Source: an uncultured Clostridia bacterium (GTDB lineage Bacteria; Bacillota; Clostridia; TANB77; CAG-508). From it: 64,000 nucleotides of DNA. Below, piece after piece: positions 19,556 to 29,368 of this stretch. The notes under the pieces were generated by a model. That model made no database searches. It was given only the letters and a program-made list of their open reading frames with translations, and was not told the DNA's origin. The stretch spans positions 2,129 to 66,128 of the forward strand of contig CANQOW010000001.1 in the NCBI GenBank assembly GCA_947625545.1. The letters are read 5' to 3'. The translations under genes were made by a program, and so were the position numbers. How positions within the stretch are numbered: the first letter of the stretch is position 1; each line of letters begins with the position of its first letter.

Positions 19556-20185
19556 ATGAAAGAAAAAATTGTTATAGTTGGTGCGGGAGGTTTTGGTAGA
19601 GAAGTAGAATGGCTTCTTAATAGAGTAAACAGATTTAATATATTAGGCTATATTGATGACAATATAATAAAAGGAACACAAATAACAGATTTAAATGTAA
19701 TTGGTAACATTGATGATATATCAAAATTAGATGATGAAATAAATATTGTAATAGCTATAGGTAATAGTATAACAAGAAAAAAAATAGTAGAAAAAATAAA
19801 AAAAATAAAAAAAGTAAAATTTCCAAATATAATTGATCCTTCAGTTATAATTGATGAAAAATTTTTAAAAGGAGAGGGAAATATTATATGTGCAGGTACA
19901 ATTGCAACAGTTAATATAAAAATTAATAATTTTAATATTATTAATTTAGATTGTACAATAGGCCACGATGTTGAAGTTAAAGATTTTGTTACAATATATC
20001 CTAGCGTTAATATATCTGGTAACGTAATACTTAATAATTGTATTGAAATAGGTACAGGAACACAAATAATTCAAGGAAAAGTAATTAATGAAAATTCTAT
20101 TATTGGCGCTGGTAGTGTTGTAATAAGAGATATTGAATCAAATGTTACAGCAGTTGGTGTTCCTACAAGAATTTTACAGAAATAG
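19556..20185 (+). CDS. sugar N-acyltransferase, hexapeptide-repeat NeuD/PglD/WbpD family
   Basis: N-terminal IVGAGGFGREV Rossmann-like subdomain plus a left-handed beta-helix hexapeptide C-terminus. Confidence 0.85.
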   Translation: MKEKIVIVGAGGFGREVEWLLNRVNRFNILGYIDDNIIKGTQITDLNVIGNIDDISKLDDEINIVIAIGNSITRKKIVEKIKKIKKVKFPNIIDPSVIIDEKFLKGEGNIICAGTIATVNIKINNFNIINLDCTIGHDVEVKDFVTIYPSVNISGNVILNNCIEIGTGTQIIQGKVINENSIIGAGSVVIRDIESNVTAVGVPTRILQK

Positions 20186-20194
20186 GAGTGAAAA

Positions 20195-20839
20195 ATGTAT
20201 AGCAAATACATAAAAAGAATATTAGATTTTTTTATAAGTTTAATAGCATTTATAATATTATTGCCATTTATGTTTGTTCTATTTGTATTAGTTAGAGTTA
20301 AATTAGGAAAACCTGCTATTTATAGGCAAAATAGACCAGGAAAGAATGAAAAAATATTTACACTATATAAATTTAGAACTATGACAGAAGAAAAAGATGA
20401 AAATGGAAATTTATTACCAGATGAAAAAAGACTTACTAAATTTGGAAAAATGTTAAGAAGTACGAGTTTAGATGAATTACCAGAATTAATAAATATAATA
20501 AAAGGTGATATGGCTATAGTAGGACCTAGACCATTATTAGTAGAATATTTAGACTATTATAATGAAGAAGAAAAACATAGACATGATGTTAGACCAGGAC
20601 TTACAGGACTTGCACAAATAAGTGGAAGAAATGCAATCTCATGGGAAGAAAAATTTAATAAAGATATTGAATATATACATAATATTAGTTTTAAAATTGA
20701 TATAAAAATAATTTTAAAGACAATAATAAAAGTTTTTAAAAGAGAAGGAATAACTCAAAAAAATAATGCAACAATGGAAAATTTAAGAATTATAAGAGAA
20801 AAAAATAATGAAAAAAAAGAAGAGACTGTAAATGAATAA
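20195..20839 (+). CDS. undecaprenyl-phosphate sugar-1-phosphate transferase (PglC/WbaP C-terminal family)
   Basis: Single N-terminal TM and bacterial sugar transferase motifs (DELPQ-like DELPELINII, PGLTGLAQISGRN). Confidence 0.9.
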   Translation: MYSKYIKRILDFFISLIAFIILLPFMFVLFVLVRVKLGKPAIYRQNRPGKNEKIFTLYKFRTMTEEKDENGNLLPDEKRLTKFGKMLRSTSLDELPELINIIKGDMAIVGPRPLLVEYLDYYNEEEKHRHDVRPGLTGLAQISGRNAISWEEKFNKDIEYIHNISFKIDIKIILKTIIKVFKREGITQKNNATMENLRIIREKNNEKKEETVNE

Positions 20840-20917
20840 TATTTTGTTTTATAGTATAGAAATAGAAGTACTTAAACAAATTTAAATATATTTATAATTT
20901 TTGAAAAGAGGAAAATA

Positions 20918-22006
20918 ATGAAAAAAATTATTATACTTTCTAACAGTAACAGTGGATTAATTAGTTTTAGACAAGAATTAATTGAACAACTAATTAAAGA
21001 TAAATATAAAGTATACATATCAGTGCCAGATGAAGAAGGAATAGATTTCTTTGAAAAAATGGGATGTATTGTAATAAAAACTAGGTTGAATAGAAGAGGT
21101 ACGAATCCAATTAAAGACTTTAATTTATTAAGATTTTATATTAAAATTATAAAAAATATTAAACCAGATGTAATTTTAACATATACTATAAAACCTAATA
21201 TTTATGGAGGGTTAGCATGTAAAATAAAAAAAATACCATATATTGTTAATATTACCGGTTTAGGTACGGCTATTGAAAAGAATAATTTATTATCAAAAAT
21301 TTTAATACAGATGTACAGAATTGCTTTAAAAAATGCAAAGTGTGTTTTTTGTCAGAATTTAGAAAATATGGAATTTTTAAAAAAGAATAAAATAGCAGTT
21401 GACGAATTAAAGTTAATTCCTGGTTCTGGTGTGAATTTAAGTAAATTTGAACAAAAAAAATATCCACAAAATGATAAAACAGAATTTATATTTATTGGAA
21501 GAATTATGAAAGAAAAAGGAATAGAACAATATTTGGAGATAGCAAAATATATTACATCAAAGTATGATAACATTATATTTAATATTGTTGGAAGATGTGA
21601 AGAAGATTACAAGAATATATTAAGCAGTTTACAAGAAGAAAACATTATAAATTATTATGGTGAACAAATGGATGTCAGACCATTTATTGAAAAATCACAT
21701 TGTACAATACATCCAAGTTATTATCCAGAAGGAATGTCAAATGTTTTATTAGAAAGTGCTGCTACTGGTAGACCAGTAATAACTACTGATAGACCTGGTT
21801 GTAGAGAAATTGTTGAGAATGGAAAAACAGGTTTTATTGTTAAACCCAAAGATATAGAATCTTTAAAAGAAGCAGTTGAAAAATTTATAAATTTGTCGTA
21901 TAATGAAAAAGTACAAATGGGAGTAGAAGGAAGAAAAAAAGTAGAAAAAGAGTTTGATAGAAATATTGTAATAGATGCTTATTTAAAAGAAATAAAAAAT
22001 ATATAA
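20918..22006 (+). CDS. GT4 glycosyltransferase
   Basis: GT-B fold; C-terminal E(X7)E region (EGMSNVLLESAATGRPVI). Confidence 0.85.
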   Translation: MKKIIILSNSNSGLISFRQELIEQLIKDKYKVYISVPDEEGIDFFEKMGCIVIKTRLNRRGTNPIKDFNLLRFYIKIIKNIKPDVILTYTIKPNIYGGLACKIKKIPYIVNITGLGTAIEKNNLLSKILIQMYRIALKNAKCVFCQNLENMEFLKKNKIAVDELKLIPGSGVNLSKFEQKKYPQNDKTEFIFIGRIMKEKGIEQYLEIAKYITSKYDNIIFNIVGRCEEDYKNILSSLQEENIINYYGEQMDVRPFIEKSHCTIHPSYYPEGMSNVLLESAATGRPVITTDRPGCREIVENGKTGFIVKPKDIESLKEAVEKFINLSYNEKVQMGVEGRKKVEKEFDRNIVIDAYLKEIKNI

Positions 22007-22020
22007 GGGAGGATTTTAAA

Positions 22021-23316
22021 ATGATTAAAATAGCAGTAGCAGGAACAGGATATGTAGGATTAGTAGCAGGAGTATGTTTTGCAGAAAAAGGACATCAAGT
22101 AATGTGTGTTGATGTAGACGAAAAGAAAATTGAAATGATGAAAAGTGGTAAATCACCAATTTATGAACAAGGCTTAGAAGAATTAATGCAAAAAAACTAT
22201 AAAGAAGGAAGATTAGATTATACAACAGATTATAAATTAGCATATAAAGGTGCAGATGCAATATTTATAGGAGTAGGAACTCCAGAACAAGCAGATGGTT
22301 CAGCAAATTTAAGTTATGTTGCAACAGTTTCTAGACAAATTGCAGAAACAGTTGAAAAAGATTGTTTAGTAGTTGTTAAATCTACAGTTCCAGTTGGAAC
22401 TAATGATAAAGTTGAACAATTCATAAAAGATTCATTAGCACATAATGTAAAAATAGAAGTAGCAAGTAATCCAGAATTTCTATCACAAGGAAATGCTGTA
22501 AGAGATACTTTACATGCTAAAAGAATTGTAATAGGAACAGAAAGCAAGAAAGCAGAAGAATTATTAAGAAAAATATATGAGCCATTTGAATTACCAATAG
22601 TATCTGTAAATAGAAGAAGTGCAGAAATGATAAAATATGCATGTAATGATTTCTTAGCATTAAAAATATCATATATGAATGACATTGCAAATTTATGTGA
22701 ATTAGTTGGAGCAGATATTGAAGATATTGCTAAAGGAATGAGTTATGATAATAGAATTGGTTCAAGTTTCTTACATGCTGGTATTGGATATGGAGGAAGT
22801 TGTTTCCCAAAAGATACAAAAGCATTGAGTTATTTAGCAAAGCAATATGGTTATAATTTAAAAACTGTGCAAGCAGCAGTTGATGTAAACAAAGAACAAA
22901 AAACAAAGTTATATAAAAAAGCATGTGATAGACTAATAACATTTAATAATTTAAAAGTAGCAGTATTAGGGTTAGCATTTAAAGCAGGAACAGATGATTT
23001 AAGAGAAGCACCATCATTAGACAATGTTGAATTACTATTAAAACAAGGTGCAAAAATATATGCTTATGACCCAGTAGCAGTTGAAAATTTTAAAAAGAAA
23101 TACCCTACACAAATTAATTATGTTGAAAAGCCAGAAGAAGCATTAGAAAAAGCAAATGTATGCTTTATATTTACTGAATGGGAACAAATAAAAAATATAA
23201 AACCAGAAACATATAAAAAATTAATGAGAACGCCTTTAGTTTATGATGGAAGAAATATTTATGATGTAGAAGAAATGAAAAAGAACGGAATAGAATACTA
23301 TTCTATTGGAAGATAA
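22021..23316 (+). CDS. ugd: UDP-glucose (nucleotide-sugar) 6-dehydrogenase
   Basis: N-terminal AGTGYVGL NAD motif and catalytic GGSCFPKD. Confidence 0.85.
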   Translation: MIKIAVAGTGYVGLVAGVCFAEKGHQVMCVDVDEKKIEMMKSGKSPIYEQGLEELMQKNYKEGRLDYTTDYKLAYKGADAIFIGVGTPEQADGSANLSYVATVSRQIAETVEKDCLVVVKSTVPVGTNDKVEQFIKDSLAHNVKIEVASNPEFLSQGNAVRDTLHAKRIVIGTESKKAEELLRKIYEPFELPIVSVNRRSAEMIKYACNDFLALKISYMNDIANLCELVGADIEDIAKGMSYDNRIGSSFLHAGIGYGGSCFPKDTKALSYLAKQYGYNLKTVQAAVDVNKEQKTKLYKKACDRLITFNNLKVAVLGLAFKAGTDDLREAPSLDNVELLLKQGAKIYAYDPVAVENFKKKYPTQINYVEKPEEALEKANVCFIFTEWEQIKNIKPETYKKLMRTPLVYDGRNIYDVEEMKKNGIEYYSIGR

Positions 23317-23332
23317 AAAGGGAGTGTGTAAA

Positions 23333-24304
23333 ATGAATACATATTTAGTTACTGGTGGAGCAGGTTTTATAGGTTCATCATTATGTAGTAAATTACTTGA
23401 ACAAGGAAATAAAGTAATTGCAATTGATAATTTTTGTGATTTTTATAATCCAAAAATAAAAGAAAATAATGTAAAGGAATTGCAAAATAATAAAAATTTT
23501 ACATTATATAGAAAAGATATAAGAGATAAAGAAGCATTAAAAGAAATCTTTAATGAAAATAAAATTGATGTTATAGTACATTTAGCAGCAATGGCAGGGG
23601 TAAGACCATCTATAGAAAATCCAATACTATATCAAGATGTTAATTGTATGGGAACTCAAAACATATTAGAAGAAATGAAATCACATAATATAAAAAATTT
23701 AGTTATGGCATCTTCAAGTAGTGTATATGGAAATTGCAAAGAAGTCCCATTTAAAGAAGATATGATAGTAGATTTTGCAATAAGTCCTTATGCAGCAACA
23801 AAAAAGGCAAATGAGGTAATGACACATGTATATCATAAATTATTTAATATAAATGTAATAATGTTAAGATTTTTTACAGTATATGGTCCAAAACAAAGAC
23901 CAGATTTAGCAATAAATAAATTTACAAGGTTAATGTTAAATAATGAAGAAATACCAATGTTTGGAGATGGAACAACATCAAGAGATTATACATATATAGA
24001 TGATATTGTAGATGGAGTAATAAAATCTTGTAAATATACATTAGAAAATGAAAATATATATCAAATATTAAATTTAGGAAATTCATCACCAATATCTTTA
24101 AAAGAAATGATAAATATTATAGCAAAAACTTTAAATGTTGAACCAAAAATAAAACAATTACCAATGCAGCCAGGAGATGTAGAAAGAACATATGCAGACA
24201 TTTCAAAAGCAAAAGAACTAATAGGATATGAGCCTAAAACTTCTTTTGAAGAAGGTATTAAAAAATTTGTTGAATGGTATATTAATAGTTATAAGAATAG
24301 GTGA
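23333..24304 (+). CDS. NAD-dependent nucleotide-sugar epimerase (UDP-glucuronate 4-epimerase-like)
   Basis: TGGAGFIGS Rossmann motif and YxxxK (YAATKKA), ~325 aa. Confidence 0.8.
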   Translation: MNTYLVTGGAGFIGSSLCSKLLEQGNKVIAIDNFCDFYNPKIKENNVKELQNNKNFTLYRKDIRDKEALKEIFNENKIDVIVHLAAMAGVRPSIENPILYQDVNCMGTQNILEEMKSHNIKNLVMASSSSVYGNCKEVPFKEDMIVDFAISPYAATKKANEVMTHVYHKLFNINVIMLRFFTVYGPKQRPDLAINKFTRLMLNNEEIPMFGDGTTSRDYTYIDDIVDGVIKSCKYTLENENIYQILNLGNSSPISLKEMINIIAKTLNVEPKIKQLPMQPGDVERTYADISKAKELIGYEPKTSFEEGIKKFVEWYINSYKNR

Positions 24305-24311
24305 AATTGAA

Positions 24312-25205
24312 ATGGATTATAAAAAAATAATAAAAAACAGAGAATACAGAATAAAAATACTAAATTTGTTAAGTTTTATTCCAGATAAAATTATGATAAA
24401 AATTCAGTATAGATTAAAAACAGGAAGAAAACTTAATTTAAAAAATCCTCAAAGGTTTAGTGAAAAACTTCAATTATATAAATTAAATTATAAAAATAAT
24501 TTAATGTGTAAATGTGTTGATAAATTTGAAGTTAGAGATTATGTAATGTCAAAAGGCTTAGGAAATATCTTAAATGAGATATATGGTGTATATGATAAAC
24601 CAGAAGATATTGATTTTGATAAATTACCAAATCAATTTGTCTTAAAAGATACTTTGGGGGGTGGAGGAAATTCAGTAATAATAGTTAAAGATAAAAACAA
24701 TGAAAATATATCTAAAATTATAGAACAGACAAAGAAATGGATTTCAACATCAGTTAATATTAAAAGCCCTGGAAGGGAAAGGGTTTATGACGGTAAAAAA
24801 CATCGTATAATTATTGAAAAATATCTTGATTATGAAGATAATGATTTACCAGACTATAAATTTTTTTGTTTTAATGGTAAACCATTTTGTTTATATTATA
24901 TTAATGGGAGAACAAAAAAAAGTGGCATTAATTTAGGAATTTTTGACTGTAACTTTAATCAAATGCCATATTATATAGCAGACAAAAATATTTTAAATAT
25001 AAATCCAAGTAAACCTGAAAATTTTAATGATATGTTAGAAATTGCAAAAAAGTTATCAGAAGTTTTTCCACATGTAAGAGTTGACTTATATAATATACAT
25101 GGAAAAATAATATTTGGAGAAATGACCTTTTTTGACGCTAGTGGATACCAAAAATTTTCTCCAGATAATTTTGATTACATACTAGGAGAGCAATTCAAAA
25201 TATAA
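24312..25205 (+). CDS. TupA-like ATP-grasp enzyme (predicted uronate-amide ligase) paralog A
   Basis: Shares NPQRFSEKLQ...KCVDKFEVRDYV...YKFFCFNGKP...GE(M/I)TF..SGY blocks with ORF 27492. ATG at 24312; the track start 24228 overlaps the upstream gene. Confidence 0.65.
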   Translation: MDYKKIIKNREYRIKILNLLSFIPDKIMIKIQYRLKTGRKLNLKNPQRFSEKLQLYKLNYKNNLMCKCVDKFEVRDYVMSKGLGNILNEIYGVYDKPEDIDFDKLPNQFVLKDTLGGGGNSVIIVKDKNNENISKIIEQTKKWISTSVNIKSPGRERVYDGKKHRIIIEKYLDYEDNDLPDYKFFCFNGKPFCLYYINGRTKKSGINLGIFDCNFNQMPYYIADKNILNINPSKPENFNDMLEIAKKLSEVFPHVRVDLYNIHGKIIFGEMTFFDASGYQKFSPDNFDYILGEQFKI

Positions 25206-25239
25206 TTATATAAAAAATGATATAAAGGAAATGAAAATA

Positions 25240-26352
25240 ATGCAAAATGAATATATAGTGTATTATGGTACTATTTTATTGGCATCAACTTTTGCGTGGC
25301 TGTCACAAAAATTTGCAAGAGATAAAGAAAATAGTTTTAAATTAAATAAATTTTTTTGGATTTTATCAATTACAATATTGATTATTACAATGGGTTTTAG
25401 AGCATGTAATGTAGGAGTAGATGATGGTGCATATAAAAATATTTTTAATGATGTTGTAAATTATGGTCCAATTGAAAAATTTTTACAAACAACAATAGAA
25501 CCAGGATATTTAATATTAAATTATATAATAAGTTTTTTTACGAAAGATTTTCAAGTAGTTCTATTTATTACTTCTTGTATTCCAATTGTATTATATTATA
25601 AGGCAATTGAATATGAAAGAAAAAATGTAAATTTTTTTCTTACTGTGTTTTTATTTGGTACATTATTATATTTATATTTTTTTGGAATTATTAGGTTATT
25701 TATTGCGGCAAGTATAGTTACTTATGCTTTAAGATATGTATTTGAGAAAAAAAGCTTAAAATATATATTATTTATATTATTAGCTACATCAATACATTAT
25801 TCTGCTATTTTTATGTTATTTTTATTATATTTTTCAACAGAAAAAGAAGAAAAACCTAGAAAAATGAAAAATATAATCTTATTAATAACAATTGCAATGC
25901 CAGTTATTATTATTATGGTTTCACAGTTTATATTTCCATCAATGGGTGATAGATATACAAATTATACAAAAATAAATCAACTTAGTTTATCCATTAATCA
26001 ATTTGATAAAATTCCAATTACCATAATGGCGTTAATATTATATGATTATTTAAAAAAAATAAATAAAAATACAAAAATTTATATTGTATTAAGTGCTTTA
26101 ACAACAGTAATTTCTATATATTCTACAGTAATTAGCATAGGTAGAATTCAGTGGTATCTTAATTTTGCAAATTGTATTTTACTACCATTAGTAGTTCGAG
26201 CAATAAATAAAAATACATTATATAAATATTGGAATATTTTGCTTATTCCAATTATTATAATATATGGTTTATTTTACTCATACAAAATATTAAATCAACC
26301 TAGTTATGATGGAATGCTAAATTATTCAAATGTATTATTTGATAGAAAGTAG
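25240..26352 (+). CDS. EpsG-family / Wzy-type polysaccharide polymerase
   Basis: ~370 aa polytopic membrane protein with EpsG-like topology, located within a Wzx-dependent locus. Confidence 0.6.
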   Translation: MQNEYIVYYGTILLASTFAWLSQKFARDKENSFKLNKFFWILSITILIITMGFRACNVGVDDGAYKNIFNDVVNYGPIEKFLQTTIEPGYLILNYIISFFTKDFQVVLFITSCIPIVLYYKAIEYERKNVNFFLTVFLFGTLLYLYFFGIIRLFIAASIVTYALRYVFEKKSLKYILFILLATSIHYSAIFMLFLLYFSTEKEEKPRKMKNIILLITIAMPVIIIMVSQFIFPSMGDRYTNYTKINQLSLSINQFDKIPITIMALILYDYLKKINKNTKIYIVLSALTTVISIYSTVISIGRIQWYLNFANCILLPLVVRAINKNTLYKYWNILLIPIIIIYGLFYSYKILNQPSYDGMLNYSNVLFDRK

Positions 26353-26362
26353 GTAAAATTTT

Positions 26363-27457
26363 ATGAAAATAATGATTAATATTATAGGATTAGGAAAAGG
26401 AGGAGCAGAGAGAGTTGTATCTGTATTAGCAAATAAATTAATAAATAAATATGATATTGATATTTTAGTTAATACTGAAAATAATATTGCATATAAAATT
26501 AATCCAAAAGTTAAAATAATATCTTTAGATGAAAAAAGAATAAAATTAACTTTTATAAGAAATTTAAAACGAATTGTGAATAGTAGTAAAATAATAAAAG
26601 AGGAAAAACCAGATATAATCATATCATTTTTACCAGTACCTTCATATAGAGTATTATTTTTAAAAAGAAATATAGGTAATATACCAATTATAATTGCAGA
26701 TAGAAATGACCCTAAACGAGAGTATAAATCTTTTATTAATAAGATTGCAATGAAAATTCTATATAAAAAGGCTGATGGTTTTGTATTTCAAACTATGGAA
26801 CAAAAAGAATATTTTGAAAAAAGTATAAAAGAAAATTCACGAATTATATATAATCCAATAAAAGATGAATTTATTAGTGATGATAACGGAAAAATAAAAA
26901 AGGAAAAAACAATTATTTCTGTTGGAAGGCTTACTGAACAAAAAAATCATAAAATGTTAATTAATGCATTTTCAAATATAATTAAAAATTTTCCAGATTA
27001 TACATTAAAAATATATGGTGAAGGAAATTTAGAAGAAAGTTTAAAAAAACAGATAACAGATTTGAAATTACAAGATAAGGTCTTATTATGTGGAGTATCA
27101 AATAATATAAAAAATGAATTACAAAAATCTGAAATATTTGTTTTACCATCTAATTATGAAGGGATGCCAAATGTATTAATTGAGGCTATGGCAGTGGGAT
27201 TGCCTGTAATATCAACAGATTGCCCTTGTGGAGGACCAAGAGAATTAATACAAAATGGTGTAAATGGAATATTGATACCAGTTAATGATGAAAAAAGTAT
27301 GCAACAGAGTATAGAATTATTAATTAAAAATGAAGATGTAGCATCAAAAATAGGAAATGAGGCTAAAAAAATAAAAGAATTATTAAATTCCAATAAAATT
27401 GTAGAGCAATGGGAAGAATATATAGAATTTATAATAAATAGAAAAAATAAATGTTAA
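26363..27457 (+). CDS. GT4 glycosyltransferase
   Basis: GT-B fold; EGMPNVLIEAMAVGLPVIST motif. Confidence 0.85.
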   Translation: MKIMINIIGLGKGGAERVVSVLANKLINKYDIDILVNTENNIAYKINPKVKIISLDEKRIKLTFIRNLKRIVNSSKIIKEEKPDIIISFLPVPSYRVLFLKRNIGNIPIIIADRNDPKREYKSFINKIAMKILYKKADGFVFQTMEQKEYFEKSIKENSRIIYNPIKDEFISDDNGKIKKEKTIISVGRLTEQKNHKMLINAFSNIIKNFPDYTLKIYGEGNLEESLKKQITDLKLQDKVLLCGVSNNIKNELQKSEIFVLPSNYEGMPNVLIEAMAVGLPVISTDCPCGGPRELIQNGVNGILIPVNDEKSMQQSIELLIKNEDVASKIGNEAKKIKELLNSNKIVEQWEEYIEFIINRKNKC

Positions 27458-27491
27458 TTATAAATTGTTAATGAATTTATAGGAGAACTAT

Positions 27492-28382
27492 ATGAATAAA
27501 ATAAATATAATATTAAAAAAAATAATATTGCGTTTGGCTTCAAAAAATATAATAAAAATGCAAGATAAAAAATTTATAGAATTAAAATATGAGGTTCAGA
27601 TAAATAAAAAATTAGATTTAGAAAATCCAAAAACTTTTAATGAAAAATTACAATGGCTAAAATTATATGATAGAAATCCTGAATATACAAATATGGTGGA
27701 CAAGTATGAAGCAAAAAAATACGTTTCAAAAAAAATTGGAGAACAATATATCATTCCAACTATAGGAATATATAAAAAATTTGAAGATATTAATTTTAAT
27801 GAACTACCAAATAAGTTTGTTATTAAACCTACTCATACATCAGGAAATGTTTTTATATGTAAAGATAAAGATAAAATTAATTATAAAAAATTAAAAAAAG
27901 AAATTAATAAATGGCTTAAAAGAAAGTATTTTTATATACATAGAGAATGGCCTTATAAAGATGTAAAACCTAGAATAATTATAGAAAAATATATGATTGA
28001 TAGATCTGGAAGTGAGTTAAAAGATTATAAGTTTTTTTGCTTTAATGGAAAAGTAAAAATGATATTAGTATGTTCTAATAGATTTAGTAATTTAAATAAA
28101 ACATTTTTTGATGAACAATGGACAATGTATAATTTTACCGAAGGGGGACATCAAAAAGAAGAAAAAATAGAAAAACCAAATAATTTTGAAAAAATGAAAG
28201 AAATAGCAGAAAAATTGTCGAATGATATAAGCTTTGTAAGAATAGATTTTTATGAAATTGATAGTAAAATATATTTTGGTGAAATTACATTTTATCCATC
28301 TGCAGGATATGAAAAATTTGAACCACAAGAATATGATGAATTTTTTGGAAATATGATAAAATTGCCAGATAAAAATATATAA
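27492..28382 (+). CDS. TupA-like ATP-grasp enzyme paralog B
   Basis: Same conserved blocks as 24312 (NPKTFNEKLQ, YKFFCFNGK, GEITFYPSAGY). Confidence 0.65.
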   Translation: MNKINIILKKIILRLASKNIIKMQDKKFIELKYEVQINKKLDLENPKTFNEKLQWLKLYDRNPEYTNMVDKYEAKKYVSKKIGEQYIIPTIGIYKKFEDINFNELPNKFVIKPTHTSGNVFICKDKDKINYKKLKKEINKWLKRKYFYIHREWPYKDVKPRIIIEKYMIDRSGSELKDYKFFCFNGKVKMILVCSNRFSNLNKTFFDEQWTMYNFTEGGHQKEEKIEKPNNFEKMKEIAEKLSNDISFVRIDFYEIDSKIYFGEITFYPSAGYEKFEPQEYDEFFGNMIKLPDKNI

Positions 28383-28402
28383 ATAAGGAAGTGTAGGTAT
28401 TA

Positions 28403-29344
28403 ATGGATGAAAATATTTATTTAACAGTTTGTACACCAACATATAATAGAGAACAAACATTACATATACCATTTGAATCATTAATGAAACAAACAAATAA
28501 AAATTTTAAATGGTTAATAATTGATGATGGTTCAACAGATAATACAAAGCAACTAGTAGATGAATATAAGAAGAAAAGTGATTTTGAAATTGAATATCAT
28601 TATAAAAAAAATGAGGGAAGATGTATAGCGTTAAATTATTCATATCAATTTATAAAAACAGAATGGGTTATAAATTTAGATTCTGATGATGCATATTGTG
28701 AACAAACAATAGAAAAAATTATAAATATAATAAATAAATTAAAAAAAATGAAAAAAGAAGAATATAATGAAATTTGGCAAATATCTGGAAGATGTATAGA
28801 TTCTGAAACAAAAGAAATGATAGGGCCATTATATCCAGATAATATAAATGAATTAAGTAGAAAAAAACAAGATAAAGTAAGAGCAAAAGTAAGAGGAGAA
28901 AAATCATGTTGTAGGAAATTAGAAATATTAAAAAAATTTCCATTTCCTCAATTTGATGATACAAAATATGCTGGTGAAAATATGGTATGGTATAATATAG
29001 ATTTATATTATAAAACATATTGTACAAATGAAGTATTTAGAATATATTATAGAAATACAATAGATAGTGCAACAAGTGAAAAAAGTTTTGCTAAGACAAG
29101 ATTAGCATATCATTATAATATATTTCTTTTAAATAAATTATTTAATCAATTTACATATAAATTTGAAGTAAGAAGGTCTATTATTAATGTAGCAAGAAAT
29201 GCAATTTTGACAGATTTGAAATATAAAACAGTAATGAGTGAATTGGAAAAATGGTATATTAAATTACTAGTAAGTATAATTGGGTATCCAATGGCTCATC
29301 TATATATTATATTAAAAAAAGAAAAGAAATATAAAAATAATTAA
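28403..29344 (+). CDS. GT2 glycosyltransferase
   Basis: VCTPTYNRE...IIDDGSTDNT...DSDD GT-A motifs. Confidence 0.85.
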   Translation: MDENIYLTVCTPTYNREQTLHIPFESLMKQTNKNFKWLIIDDGSTDNTKQLVDEYKKKSDFEIEYHYKKNEGRCIALNYSYQFIKTEWVINLDSDDAYCEQTIEKIINIINKLKKMKKEEYNEIWQISGRCIDSETKEMIGPLYPDNINELSRKKQDKVRAKVRGEKSCCRKLEILKKFPFPQFDDTKYAGENMVWYNIDLYYKTYCTNEVFRIYYRNTIDSATSEKSFAKTRLAYHYNIFLLNKLFNQFTYKFEVRRSIINVARNAILTDLKYKTVMSELEKWYIKLLVSIIGYPMAHLYIILKKEKKYKNN

Positions 29345-29368
29345 TTATAAATAAAAAGGAATAAAAAT

